Assembly (NCBI RefSeq): GCF_964204865.1
Contig: NC_135255.1
Coordinates: 9,176,001-9,240,000 of the forward strand
Direction: 5' to 3'
Origin: Styela clava
Lineage: Eukaryota
Length of the DNA: 64,000 bases
Of this stretch, positions 12,576-27,163 are shown one piece after another. The notes under the pieces were generated by a model. It was not told where the DNA came from, made no database searches, and worked only from the letters and a program-made list of their open reading frames with translations. The translations under genes were made by a program, and so were the position numbers. The stretch's first letter is position 1. Every line of letters begins with the position of its first letter.

Positions 12576-15500
12576 TTAAGCGAAAGCCCATAGCTCAAAT
12601 AGACAAGCACATGAGTGCATGCGGAAAAATATACTCAATGGAAGACAAATCATAGAAGCAGTTTGCCACACATTTCTAGGTGGATTTCTGCCATAATATT
12701 TATAAGGGTAAGTATATAATTTAAATGCTGTGCCTTCCAAGGACATGAAGAACCACACACACGCGTTTGCGATCAGTAAAAACATAACAGTGTTGCGAAT
12801 CCGGAGTCTTATTTTATTCGGAGCCGCAATTCTGGGACGTTCAACATATCTGGGCACAGGCTGAACTACTTGGGTCTGTATTTGGCCTTCATCATTATGA
12901 AATTGAACGTAAATATTGTCCACGTTTTCTATTTCCTCTTGTTTCTTCATGAGTGTAGTTTTTGTAGAAGATAATGACGAAACACCGGTCGAGCTGCCTT
13001 CCCCGCCATCCGATTGGTGAGTGCTAGAACTCGACTCTTGAGCATCCTCTATGACGTCACTATGTTTTATGGAACCGTCGATATCAACTTTTATAGACAT
13101 GTTTGTAGATTTCCTTTCTTCAACTGAATTTTCGTCACCGTCGAAAGCTCTGTTTGTAAAATCGTTGTGGTTGAGATCTTTTTGTTCTCTTGTCGAGGAA
13201 ACTTTTTTTAACTCGAACAATTCTTCCTTCTCAACAACTGGATGTCTGGATAATCCAGCGATTAGAAACATAACCTTCAAAGTATCAAAAGTGGGTTGAA
13301 ATTGTCAAAAGAACTTCTAAATTGCAGCCAAAACACACATGTTAAAACCTTTTTCACAGAAAAAGATTTAGGGGACGTTATTATTGAGTTCGGTCAAGCT
13401 TTTTCGAGCTTTTTTGAATTCTGATCAGATCAAAAATGAATTTTTTTTTGTCAGATTCGTGGCAAAGTTGTTGCTTTGTGCCGGTAGCCTACTCGCAAAA
13501 CCAATTATTTATCGCCTACAACCATGCATACTTACAGTTTTTCAATTTACCTTTCATATTCAGGCTCGAACAAAAATATATGCTCACGTGGAGTATGTAA
13601 TACAACATTTGTTAAGCACATTATGATTAATAAGTAAGCGGACTTTCGCAGAAAGTAACGATAAAAGTGACATGATACGTTACACTATTTTCATAAGCAT
13701 TTCAAACGCCCCATAATATGCATACCTGCACAATAATCTGCAGCAAATCGACGACAGGATAAACGACTCCCCAATACCACATTTCATCTGATATTATGGA
13801 TGCATATATAGCAAATGCATAAAATATATCGAGTGTAGCACTCCCAGTTATAGTAACAAGAAGAAGAACAACATCTAGATTAACGATTGAAATCACCGGT
13901 CGAGGTTCTCGATGAAATAGGTACAATCCGAATCCACAAGCCACCAGCATAAATACTTCTATTGCCACCTGAAATTGTAAAGATGTTATATTATTCATGA
14001 ATTGTGTTCCAGAATAAAAACTTGTGATGACAATATTGTGATAAATATGAGTGAGTTAGCTAAATGAAAAAAGCAGTAACAAAATGAATATTCAGACCGT
14101 ATTTAAATGTGTGGATTGATATTATGTTTGCTTCATATATAATTTAACGCAGCGAATTTGCATTCAATTTATGACAGACAGCAGTTTATTAATTTGTCCA
14201 CACTTTCTTGAAAAACCTAACTTCCTAACTACCACAGTGGTTATGCAAACCAGATTCTCACCTATTTTTTTACAATTGAATGATAGGATAATTAATTTTG
14301 CTAATATTCATTCCCGTCTTGTATCTGATATCAGACTATCAAGTCTGATAATATTACTACTTGTGCATTGTTTGTTTTGAAATTAATGTTCTGCCTATAT
14401 TATGCCTTTCAATCGATATCGATTAAATAATATTTGAAGGTAAACAACAGCCGGGAGCAGTTAGTTATGAAATGATTGGTAATAGTTTAAAAATATATTT
14501 ATCGCCAAATAACGCCATAATATAGTTTTAGTATCCGCAAAAAGAAGCCAAACGGTTTGTATTGTCTTTCTGTCGAATCTTTTCCATTCGATTTTGAATG
14601 TTACTGGAATATCGTTTCATAAAAAAAATATTTCAATCAGTCTGAAGAAAAAGTATATATATATGCTCTCCGTTTACTCGTTTTGGATATGAGAGAAATT
14701 ATATATATATTTGTTATATAGCAAAAACTATTTATATGTATATAACGATATGAAGTGGCAAGAATGTCAAACAAATAACAGATTTTGTGAAAATGTCACT
14801 AAATTTATTAATAAATGAGTTATCAGAATGCAAACACTTGTTTGTATTTACTTCAGATGAGACATCGACTAAACATAAGTGGAAATGTGTATTGCTTTAC
14901 GACAAAGAAACAATGATTAGATTCCTGTTGAGTCATTGCTAATAAAAGTGTGGTACCCCCAACAATGTAATGACATTTTCAAGATCGTTGCCTAGATGTA
15001 AATAGCATGAAATACTGGACGTTCAAAAATGTACTCTTATGTAAATGTTACGGTTTAGGTACTTTAACCACGATGACGCTTCTGCGGTCATTTCGAACCA
15101 GTACGACTTTTTTTTCAAGTAATACATGTTGTAACGCACCCTACAATCCAGTGTCGTTATTATTATTAGTAGTATAGTCAATTATTGTTAGTATAGTCTC
15201 GAATAATTATTTTTATTTATTTTGCGGTTATTTCACTCCCTGATATCTGGGTTTTAGCTCAAATATTAAAACACAGAGAATGTTGCATATAAGAGTGTAA
15301 AAGTGTACAGGCTCTTTGACTGACATAGCATACCCAATTCATAGAACTCTGCATACGGATTATTTAGTGGATTTAGGGTTGTAAAATATATTTAAAAGTA
15401 CATGATCTGCGTAAATACCGGTGTCAAGAATTATACAAAGTGATTTTCACGAAGGCTATAACTTATAAATTTTCTTATATTTTCTCTGGAATTACTGGTT

Positions 15501-18500
15501 GTTTCGCTACAAAGTTTGTTGGTTTTGAAAATATAAGTACAAACTCACCATATACGTGTTAAATATGATTAAGGTTATTTTTTCCGAGTCATAACTTTGT
15601 TCTGTTGCAGCCGTTTGAGAATGACTGTTGTTAATAAAGACGAGAACAACAACAGTTATGACTAGAGTAGCACCGCCTGCAACAAAACCTGAAACAAAAA
15701 AGTATAACTGTGAATTACAATGTTGAAAATTTTTTCTACAACATAGCTCAAATTGTATGATTCTTGTCTACATCGATATAGACCATGCGTGGTTTATAAC
15801 TTTATTTTAAACATGTCTTAAAACGTAACAGCACCTGCATTTTAAATAAGGGAGCAAAGTTCAAATATATATATGGACATTAAGATCAACTGACATTAGG
15901 GTGTTTTGAAGCAATATGTTGGCGGCAAAAGTAACATCCCTAAACTCTTGTAGAGGTTAGCTATATTATCATACTGTAAAAAATGTAAATTCGGCGATAT
16001 TACTCCAACATACATGCAAAGCACTCGTGTATACGAGTGTATTTTATACATTCAGTCACTAAGACGAGTGACGCAAACACAAACACCTGTTCCTACAGAT
16101 GAGTAGCAGCAGTGTTTGGCACTGTCTTTGCTCCATTGATACATTGAAGACAAGTGGTGCAATACCGAATTTCGTTCACAAAATTACACTATAATAGGCT
16201 GCCATTTTAGGTTCCCAAACTATGAATATTTTCGATTCTTTCTGGATTTGAATTATCAATAAATATTATCTGTTTGGTTCACGAAGATGATTTGGTTGAA
16301 TTACAATGTCTAATTGACTGAAGTAAGTTTATACGTTACGAAAAAAGTATTAATTGGTATTGTTAGTACTCTTATTGAACTCTTGATTAGTTGATTTTCC
16401 GTCATATTCTATTTTGAACACTAAACCACAGTGATATTGTTTCAATTTTCCTATTTGTTACTGAAACCAGTAATGATAATGTTTCATAATGATGAAATTC
16501 GTTTCAAACAAGCATTTTCAAGAATCGTGTGAAACATACAAAACAAAGTCAAGTACTAAAATCTCTACTAAATATTTACGGCACATAAAGTGAAAGATAC
16601 AATAACATATTGCGACGCAACCCATTGACATTAATGTTTGGATCAAACTGGTAATAAAAAATAATGACGTACAGTTTGTTTATCAGTTGTGAATTTACAA
16701 CTGAACGTGACACATATAATACTTTAAAAATACTTATCCTCCCCACGTTTTTTCCGATTATAGTAATATTCTCCACAGTTATGTATTGGAAAACAGTGCA
16801 GTTTGAGTAAAATGAGTCAGACAACATTGAGTAAATGCAATTTGTTTTGTGGCAACAATAAGCTTGTTCTTATAATAAAATGTTAAGAAAAAGCAGTATC
16901 GTACATGGAATTTCAATGGAGGTGTCAATTGAATAACATTACCAAAAATAGGGCGTCATATTACGAAAAAATGACGCGACAATACCGCTTTAAAGACTGC
17001 ATTGTTCAACATGTTATCGTCGTGAAATTGGTGAAATTGTTCACTTTAGAAACGATATATTTGCGCATGTGATCCGTCCAAATGGGAATATATATAGGAT
17101 ACGCCCGAATAACTCGATCATAAAGCGGTTAGTTAGTTGTTTTTAGGTTTAATTCATAGACGAGTTTATACGTTAATCGAGCTACTTTCTATCATATCAT
17201 ACCTTTATACGATTTATAGAATTTATAAGCAGGTTTAATTGACGGTATACTGTGACTTGGTTTTCCGATATTTTTCCATACAATGTATAACATACAACTT
17301 GACACAAGGCTGAATTCAATCAAGAAAGGATAAAGGAACGAATGAGCCCCGACAACTGCATCACAATATGACGTGTTGCAGGTACACTCTGATAAAAATA
17401 GTAAGAAATAAAAACAAAATTATTATTTGAGTAATTATCGTATACTAATGTCTAAAAACAAATGAATGTCTTCTTTGGTGAAGTTGTGGAGGAAATTGGA
17501 CGTTAGTATGAGCTACCAAAATCAGTTGCATGACTTGAAGATCACTAGATAAGCTTTGTGAACGTGAAACAAGCATACAATTTCTCAAAGCAAAAAGATG
17601 TCAGGCCACCGATAAAAAGTTTCTATTGTTACGTCATTGTTGAGGCCTCGCTGATTAGCCATTGCTACGGAGTAAACCCATGGTCGGTGGAACATTCATT
17701 AAAATAGGTGAAACGAGAGTAATATGTATATTTTACTCACCTGCAGAATCTTCGATTGGTCGACCTGAGCTCATATTTTTCTTTGTATCAAGAGTTACAA
17801 TTCCGTCCATTGATTCATCAATTATAACAAGCATCCATATTGAAAGATTGGTTGCCAATACATGCATTGAACCAAATCTTAATAATTTTTGAAGTTAAAA
17901 ACGCATTTGCGATTTTAATAAAATACTTGAAATCATGTGATCATGTTACAAGGAATCACAAATGCTAATGTTTACAATAACATTACTAGTGATATAATAC
18001 AACAATCACTCAAGCGCACTCAAAAACTGAAGGCTATCTAAACCAGCAAAGACATTTATTTTCATCAAAATACCAAAATCTATATTTTTTATTTTCACAC
18101 TTACTGATTTATAGTTCGATGATCTTGCAAATGTAACTTCGAATATTTGAAAAGAAAATTGACTTCAATGGCTACAAATGCTATCTGCATGACAGGTGCT
18201 ATAAAATAAATTGGCTTCTTGCAATCTTCTGCGGTGTATTCAAATAATGTCAACGATTCCAGAACATCCTTGATAATAATTGCAATGCCGAAAACAACCA
18301 ATATACCTGAATAAAAAAAAACGCTTTTTTGAACACATGCTATTAAAGAATGCTCCCAATACAGTACCACCAAATTGGACAAAATAACAGCTTCTCCACA
18401 AAACACTATCAAACAGGGTTCTTAGTAATGAGGGAAATTTTCTTCCATTTGGGATGAATGTACTGCACACATATATACAATAGAGAGTATACAAAGTTAA

Positions 18501-19358
18501 AAAAAAATCCTGCTATATAAAGCATTGATTGTAAGTCTACATAATTGAAACATCAGTATTTTTTTGAAAATTGATAATTTTACTGGAAATAAACCGCATT
18601 CATTTTTATTAAACAATTCAGTACTGAATTCGAATCACATGTCGGACAACGACAAAATTAAAAATATTTTTGTGTTACAAAAAATGGCTGAGTGGAATGA
18701 TAATTACAAGCAAGCGCTTGGTAATACTATTTCAATCAGTCTAACAGTTTTATTCATATTTATATATATATATATTAGGAAAACATTTACAGTATCAAAC
18801 CTTTTAGCCATCTGTTTGTTGAATGATTTCCTTTTACTGTGAGAAATTTAGTGGGTTCTTTACCACAAGATGTCGCAATATGTCGAAATGATATCATCCA
18901 AATACTCCCAATTAGACATAACAAAATGAAATATACATCGACTGTAACATCTGTTACCTGGATATAAATGTAAAGCAAACTGCCCTTAACTTTTGTATTC
19001 AAAATATATATTAGTAACTTTTCAATTCATATCTAAATAGACCTACCGGGTTTTCTATTATATTAGTAAAACGTATATAGACGCCCCAATTTTGAAAACT
19101 TTTTCCAATATGAAAATTTACTTGATAAAAGACGAAAGGGAGTTAAAAAAATCATTTGCTACGACATAATTAGAGAATACTTACGTCATCAGTGACGTAA
19201 TGGTTGATGCATATTACCATGCTAAAAACGGTGATAAGCATTCCATATATTCCAGACAATAAGCTTGAAGATGCGTCGGCATTATCATGTTGAGAAAGAT
19301 TATGTTCCGAATCCAATTCTAGATCGGTTCTTTCGCATTCGTCACTTGAAACGCTCAT
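12576..19358 (-). CDS. OTOP: Otopetrin proton channel, 8 coding exons, ~645 aa
   Basis: Exons 19358-19185, 18957-18801, 18306-18105, 17877-17741, 17388-17203, 15688-15549, 13968-13726, 13274-12576. All introns are GT-AG and phase-compatible (1938 nt). Signature motifs FGSMHVLATNLSIW, FLYPFLIEFSL, IVWKNIG, LDVVLLLV, MFLLIANACVW, CLPLSIFFRMHSCACLFELW. The true start may lie further upstream. Confidence 0.93.
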
Positions 19359-22300
19359 GATCGTTGATGCAACGAAGTGGTCTGATCCACAAATGCTTTT
19401 CAGGGCATATTTGCTGTCATATTAATACCAAATGAGCAAACAAAGCTTGTTTACAACTCGTCACAATGTGAGATAAGGCGGCCACCACTCAGTACGGAGC
19501 TAGACCAGCGCGGCGATATTTTCCTGGCACCGTTTTGTTTATTTCAATATAAATCCCATTAAATGTCTAATGCCAGACGGGTTTATTGCACCCTGTTTTG
19601 AAATGAATCCTGCATTTTCAATAATTATTGACAAACTATTTATTTAAGTAGATTTATGAAACGTTATATTTTGGCCTACAATTACGTTGTACGTTTTGTT
19701 GTTTTTGTGACGGAACTGTTTCCGGCCTTTGACCCCTGATATTCTCAATACACTTTACAAGATTTCTGTAATTTAATTGTGGAACTTTCTGCAATTCTGC
19801 TTTTACAAGCTAGTTGGCCATTTAAAACCATTTCGTTTGAAACTGTACAATCAGACACACGTCTAAAGTAAATCCAAATATTTTAACTTAGTTTTCGTAT
19901 GTTTTTGGTCTAAATCGTCTTCAGATGAATACTATGGGCACAGTAAATGTTCATTTTGCTTCGTGGTTCGATTTTCTTAAAATGATAAAAAGAAAAATCG
20001 ATCAATATACAGGTTTTGTATACCTTTAATCTTATTCTTATTAGGCATATAATCAATGATTCATTCTATCTGTTTTTTTTTGCCTCACACTCAATTACAA
20101 ATAGTTTAATTAAGTTTTTTGAGCAGCATTCCTCTCACACGTCGCGAGACACCAATAACACTGAACCTGATGGAGGCAGAATTATCCGACGCACATCTAA
20201 ATATGTGTGTGAGACCTTTTCCTTGATAGCTATAATATAGCGTCCCGAAAAGAATTAATTCTACGTACTACATATACCCAGAACGCGTACTGTTTTATTA
20301 TTTAATATACGTAAATGTAACTGTGCGTAGTTGCAATGGCATATTATTGTTTTGGGAAGGCCAATACAATAGGTGTAGCCTGTTATGTAAGATGCAAAGA
20401 ATTTTTAAAGCAAATATTTTAGTGAAGAATGAGATACATTACCGTATAAGAAATAATAATATATTTGAGGTTAGCCACATAATAAGTCAATTTGTTGCTG
20501 CGTGGGATGATAAAAAAAAATTAGTTATAATTTATATACTGCATTCCTTCAAGCTTAATTCAATTTTCAAGCAGAAAGAAAATTTGTCTGAGGAAACGAA
20601 ATCGAACTCCGGCAGTATTGTATCCACTGGAACGGTAGTACGCAGTAAAGTACGCAGCATTGAAACGCGCCAAAACTTTCTGCTTTTCATTCAACGGCAT
20701 CAACTGTTAGTGAATTCATTGCACTGAGCTTTGAATACGCTTGTCATCTAGTCGCTGATAACCGATTGTGGGCTCACAGGTTCAAATCCAATGAGCACTT
20801 TCATCGGTATGTTCTGTTATGCGAAAGGTGCTATTTTGTTATCATAAAATCTTATGTATGGAAGTTCTATCACTGTATTGTGCCGTAAAGTTGCATCTAT
20901 TAGGATATTTCGAGAAATCATTAGCTGAAAGACATATATTTATTCAAAATTTGTTGAATTTTGGGATGATAAATGATATATGGAAGCATAAAAATCGTTT
21001 TGGTGTATCATAAATTCCGCGACTTATGGCATATGGCATTTGAATTAGACGATATTATCCATGCGTGGTGAGGCATTTCGATGCTATTGACTCTGCAAGC
21101 CCTCGTACTATAGTACTTGTACACAAGATAATTCGAATGTTGTAAAAGTGACGACAATGATGAGACGCCTAATTTATTCCAACATATTTCGGCCAAAGAA
21201 CTGAGGCATACACTGACGTCAGAATATTCAACATTCTTTATACTTTGAGATGACTGCTTTCACTTGGCACCCGCTACTCGGGACCAGTGATTTTTGAAGG
21301 CTACAAAGTGGTATATCGTTGGAATTTTTTGTCAGAGTATAGCATATATCGTCTGACTCTATAGTAGTGAATATTTCGAAACAAAATAAAATTCACTCAA
21401 AGGCCCGAACGAAAATTGACGTGAATCGGTAGAAGACCTAAGCACCATTAACATTTTACCCGGATCTTATATATGGCATATTGAATATTTTCAAAATATT
21501 AGAAATATGAACATTTTGTATTTTAACAAAAATAATGCAGTGAATATTGAGATCCAAACTACAATAGCTTATTATTTACGCTCATCCTTAATTCCAAAAC
21601 AATACAAATTGCCATTCTATTGTTAAGTACATGATTTGTATTGTTCGGAGATTACTATATTGTACGCACACGTGTCCAGTGTACAACAGTGTACTATGGG
21701 GTATATAAGAGATATTTCGGTATTATGAATTTAGTTTAGTTTTCATGAGTTCATTTTACTTTTAAACTACAATTTCGCTCGCAATGGATTAAGATCAACT
21801 TCTTGAGCACAACATTGAGCAGCTTAGTGAGTATGTTCTCTTTACCAAACGAGCAAGTAGCAAGTAATTTCAGTTGTCACGTTGACGTTACTATAAACGT
21901 AACGTTATGCAACGAGCGTGACGGTTTTGTAATTAGAAGCTATAATGAAACCACTAACACAGATTCGCCCTGTAACGAGCGTGAACGTTTGTATAAATAG
22001 AAGCAATAATGAAAACACCAGCTCATATTCGTTCAACTGCCTTCGATACGGATTGAATAGTACTTTGTTATGGGTATGAATAAACACAGAGATATACTAA
22101 TAGGTCGACAAGAAATACAATATTTAAGCATGTATGTATACTGGAAGTTGGTTAGGAAGACAAAGGAAACCTAGTGCATAGAATGGTATTAGCATTTTGC
22201 TTGTTCCTCAGGATTTTGACAATTGATGGAATACAACACCAGGTATTACAACTCGTTTGACAGTGATTTCAATGTATAAGGTGCCATTTCGGCATGTGGT

Positions 22301-23321
22301 CTTAGTGATTTTAGTATTTATCTAACCCAACAATAACAGGGTTAGAAAATGAATTCTATGAGAATGTCTTTACTTAGAAAGATTAACGCATACCAATGTG
22401 GCACCACAACTGGCGTCACTTTAGTATGCGATTGACATCACATTAGGCAAGTGGGATCACGTGCAAAAGTATTTTTATGATGCTGAGATCGCATAACAAA
22501 GTGACACCCCTACATTGTGTATTGTATTGCACCAAAGCGCGATATTGATCATTGCTCTTGTACTTTGTCTAACAATGCATATGAAATTTTGTTTGCATTG
22601 TTAAGATATATTTTTTGGAATGACCGGATGATAATTTTTGAAGATTGTAGACCTTCGGTGAAGATAGTCGTGCAGCCCTGCACAAGAGATCGTAAATATT
22701 GTTCTGGTGCATTGAGGTTCACAGACCTCATGCCGAATGTATTATACGTACAATGGTTAGATATAATGAGGTATTTTAAGATAATTAGTTACAGTTTTGA
22801 GTTGGCTTAATTTAAAACAGCATGGTGGTTAGTTGACAAGAGTTGTAGGATTGTTTACAAACTAATTTGTTATATGTGAGCCTCAGGGTAAAAGTCATTG
22901 AATAAATGATATTCACGACCTTATCATTCAAAAGCCGTGTTTTTCTCTCGGACTGTAATCGAAGCGATTGATCGAGTTGCCAAGTAATTTTAATATGTTT
23001 CGTTTTGAAGTGTTACGTAAACGCAAAACCTCATTCAGCGATGCGTGCAGCGTGAAACGGATAAGTGTAATTTGCAGTCGACGCCCGACGTAGAATTTGT
23101 TGGTGCCAACGGTTTGGGATCAATACACGAGAGATTTGAAGATTTTGCTAGGATTTAGTAGATCGAGTGTGGCCTAAATTTATTCGCATGTGTTGTTCTA
23201 TTTATCCGTTGCCCCAAGTATAACTGCATATATTTTGAATTTGGAACAGGTTTTACAGTTAGCACTTCTGATGCACATCAAATTGCGATTGAAACAAGCC
23301 TGTAGCTGATCCACAATCAAG

Positions 23322-26300
23322 ATGGACACAATCGACAATACAGGAATGATGGCGTTAACGATTTTGGCCATGGTGGCCCTGATCTGCATTTATGTTTTCA
23401 CTGGAATAAGCGTTGTACGAAACAGTGAGTGTTTTGGCACCTTTTTGTTGATGTAACGGCAATTGTCGAGATGAAGTATAGGTAAAGATCTGGTGTTATT
23501 TAGTTATTTAACCTGAAACCATCCCCGTTTACTATATGCTTCAAACTCATTTCTATAAACAAAATGAAGTGTTAGGAATTTTAGATAGCTAATAAATGGG
23601 TCTTCGGCCACTTCTACTGAATATCTCCAAGAAATTGAGGGAAAAACAGATGATGCTATTATAATGATACATTCCGAATGATATGGGTATTGCCGAATTT
23701 GTATAAAACATAAATATTTACTCCGATTTAATTTCGCAATCCTATGTGTTATTTGCCACGTACAGGCCCAATGTTGTATTGCAATTTGGCATATATTCTC
23801 ACACAATTTATTTACTATGTAATATTTTTGCTTCGGTATTACAATTTGAAAACAATGGTGATTATATATTGACCTGGCTCTCGACATTACATTGCATAAC
23901 TGACTGATAAAGTCGGGCATATACAGCAGTAACCTTCTAGTCACACTAGATAAAACGTTTACTTCATTTGTAAAATGAACATTGTAATTTGTATGAGAAA
24001 TCGAATTTATTGACAGCAACCCGAGATGGTAATATCGTATCTCACAATGGGTTGTGGGTACAGTATGTGTCAACTCAAGATTCGCTTTCAGACTAGTTCA
24101 CGCAGTCAAATTCAAAACTTCACATTTTGATTTTACATGGTGAAGCTTGTTGAGTTCAATAATAACATGTTTCGATGTGTGAATATCAAGCAAGAATATT
24201 CTATGTTAATTTGGAGCGTCCACATGTAATCTATATTTGGGACTTTGTTCTCCATGTGAAGTGTCGATTAATAAGAAAAATGTTGGTTCATGTCTAGAAT
24301 GTTTCTTCCTGTTCATGCATTCGAATGAATCTATAATCCATCATTTTCGGAAAGTTTGTGGCCAATGAAGTGCGTCTTCCTATTTTACGCACCGATGACT
24401 GTGTCGGCCTGCGCGTTGTGCTTAAATGTGGCTTGAGAAGCAGACTGTAGGTGAAAGTGCATGAAATTATTTTTCATGTAAGCCAGTAATGACACATAAT
24501 GAAGAAGGAGTGTTTCTACCCGCTGTGTTACGTGATCATGCAAATTGATCGGATATATTCACCGGCAGAACATCTCAAAACCTTTATAGTCATCGGTTCG
24601 GGCAAGACTTCATATACCGATTCAACCACTAGCATGAAATTTTAAGTATAATTTAAGGGTTTTAAAGCCAAATGCCATATTTATAAAAAAATTTCGGAAG
24701 ATGGCTTCTTCGCTCGATCCGAGCCGAAAAATCATCCACAACCAAGTTCATTTACCCCTTTTAAACTTCAGTTCTAACAACCAACGGAGCGTACTTTGAA
24801 TATTATTTTCATATATTCTAGATCCACTGTTTCGAAACAGCGTGGGAGAAGTATCTCGTAGATATGAAACGGATATAACACCAGCAAATTACGCTTTTGG
24901 AATTTGGAACCTCATATTTCTATTGGAGGCAGCTTGGGTGCTTTTTGCCGTCAGCAGTATATGGAGAACGACGGCCGAAGGTACGACTATGCATTGTGTG
25001 CTTCAAATTTGTTAATTAACATTAATTATATAAACCAAAAAATCTGATATACCTCGAAACACTACATTCAGACATTTGCGAAATATTTTTCTTATGGCCG
25101 GCCGGCCATTCGTGTAATTTAAAACACAACACCTCCGTTCGACTGCCTGGTCATAATTAGTACATCAATAAATTGTGTGTATCAAGCCCCTCTTCAGAAC
25201 TGACAAAATTTGGATAATCCGCCTTCATAAAGAAGCTATTCATTTTGATTGTTTCTTTCGCTTGTACTCATGGGCTACGAATTCTCAGAAGCGGCTATTT
25301 TCCTTCCACTACAATTACGTACGTCACGACATGTCCATTCATTGTTATGTAAGCGAGGCACATTTTGTTCGTTACATAAGTTTAAAATTAAACCTACCTA
25401 ACCGCGGATAAAAGTCGCTAATCAATGACGCAGCTTCGAGTCTGTCTGATATAAACGTTATAAATTTGCCGAGCTATTGAAATCCGTTAAACAAAAAAAT
25501 CGGATCAACTTACCATTTTTTAACCATGCTTATTGTACTATTTATTATAAGCGCATGATGACCGTTTTATAATTTCGAAATAAACAAAGAGTTTGCATGC
25601 AAACCGGTTAATTTGCATTTGGCTCCGAATCAATAATAAAGCTCGACTAGCGTTAATAAACGGTATCTACTATATGTTTATTTGTAGACTCGTTGTTTAA
25701 AAGATTAGGCTAAGGGGTAATTCTCCACGGCATTGAATAATTCAATAATCCAAATTAAAGGTTAAAGTTCGAAGAAGTTAGACCTTTTGGCCTTGACTCA
25801 GCTTCAACTCTTGAGTAAACTATTATGATAATAAAGAAAAACGCATAATTAACCTGCGTTTGCCATCAATGTAATCTATAATATCAAAAGCAACACCGGA
25901 ATATAAAATATATATATTGCAGTCCAATCACTTGATTCAATTAATATATATAAATGGTCTAAAATTTCGCTGCTGATATGCAAGAACGGCACGTGTGGCC
26001 GCATATGTCCTGTCTTTAGATCATTTCATACGTCTTCAAGCCTGCTAATAACAACTAGGGTTGGGCATTTTCGAATACCTCATGATTGCAGAATCAAATA
26101 GAATATTTTTTCGAATCGAATCCCGAATATTTACGGGATATGTAATTGAAGGTGACTTTGTGAAGGGTCCTACCAACACTGAAATTACTGAAAACTCACC
26201 ACTCATGCCGGTCGCTGAGTGTAAACACACAATGAAATAACACACAATTTATCGATAACTCACTCGGGCGACAAGGATCGTATGCATTTTTAAAATATGG

Positions 26301-27163
26301 CTTCAATAACAAAAAAATTGGGGAAAATTCAACTCGACCTTTGACGAGCGGAAGAAAAGAAGATGGCGGCGATTCGTAATTTTCATACGAAACTATTCGA
26401 ACAATTCCGATTCGATTCGGAACGCCCATCCCTAATAACAACGTCGTCAGACAGTGTGTAAACCGAATTGATAAACAAAACAAAAAAACAATCAGCTTAA
26501 CAAAATGAATTGGCGTATAGTTAAAGTTGACTTTTCGATGTTTCAGGTCCTATTTTGATGAATCCGGACGTGTTGCCAATGGAATTCTACATATTCTGGA
26601 TACTTAGCTGTGTTTTCTACGTTGGATGGCTTTTTCTTTGGGACAGAGAATACTTACTGATAGCATTTATTGATTTGCTACTTCTGACTTTATCCGGATA
26701 CGCAGCCGTTGCTTTCCAAGGCATCGCTACTGCAAAATATGCCGATGAACTAAGCAAAAAATCTGATGTAGACTTAACTCTTATATACGTATTGGTACAG
26801 AACGGCACTGATCTATTTTATTCTTGGACAACCATAGCGACATTGTTGAATTTGTCCAGTGCCCTGACCTATGACCCCATGGTCAAGAAACGCGTGAATA
26901 AAATTACATCAGGAACTATTGCTCTTGCAGTTCTGGGTGTTCTTGTAATCGGCTGGTCTGTGTGCGAGAATACAGTGTTTTACGAATATTTTAAATACGT
27001 TTATGCCTGGTATGGTGTGCTTTTGTGGGCGTGTTCCGGAATTCTGGTGAAAAATTTTGACAAAACAAGCAGAAATTCCATAATAACAGTCATTCTTCTT
27101 TGTGTCATCATCGTTTGTCTGGTGGCAAAGATTGCAGTTTACACGGTCTCGACCTTCGGGTAA
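23322..27163 (+). CDS. Uncharacterised multi-pass membrane protein, TspO/tryptophan-rich-sensory-like, 3 exons, ~292 aa
   Basis: Exons 23322-23424, 24822-24980, 26547-27163 (879 nt, GT-AG, phases compatible). Motifs GEVSRRYETDITPANYAFGIWNLIF, VGWLFLWDRE, VQNGTDLFYSWTTIATLLNL. About 8 hydrophobic segments. Confidence 0.85.
26056..26434. mobile_element. hAT-type MITE in intron 2 of the TspO-like gene
   Basis: TIR TAGGGTTGGGC / GCCCATCCCTA. Perfect 8-bp TSD ATAACAAC. TTCGAT/ATCGAA subterminal motifs. Confidence 0.88.

Noticed and set aside
20720-20800. tRNA-like sequence with GGTTCAAATCC B-box
   Set aside because: No cloverleaf or clear A-box; at most a decayed SINE head.
23504-24073. 189-aa minus-strand ORF in intron 1 of the TspO-like gene
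   Set aside because: Non-ATG start, composition typical of translated AT-rich noncoding DNA, no recognisable motif.
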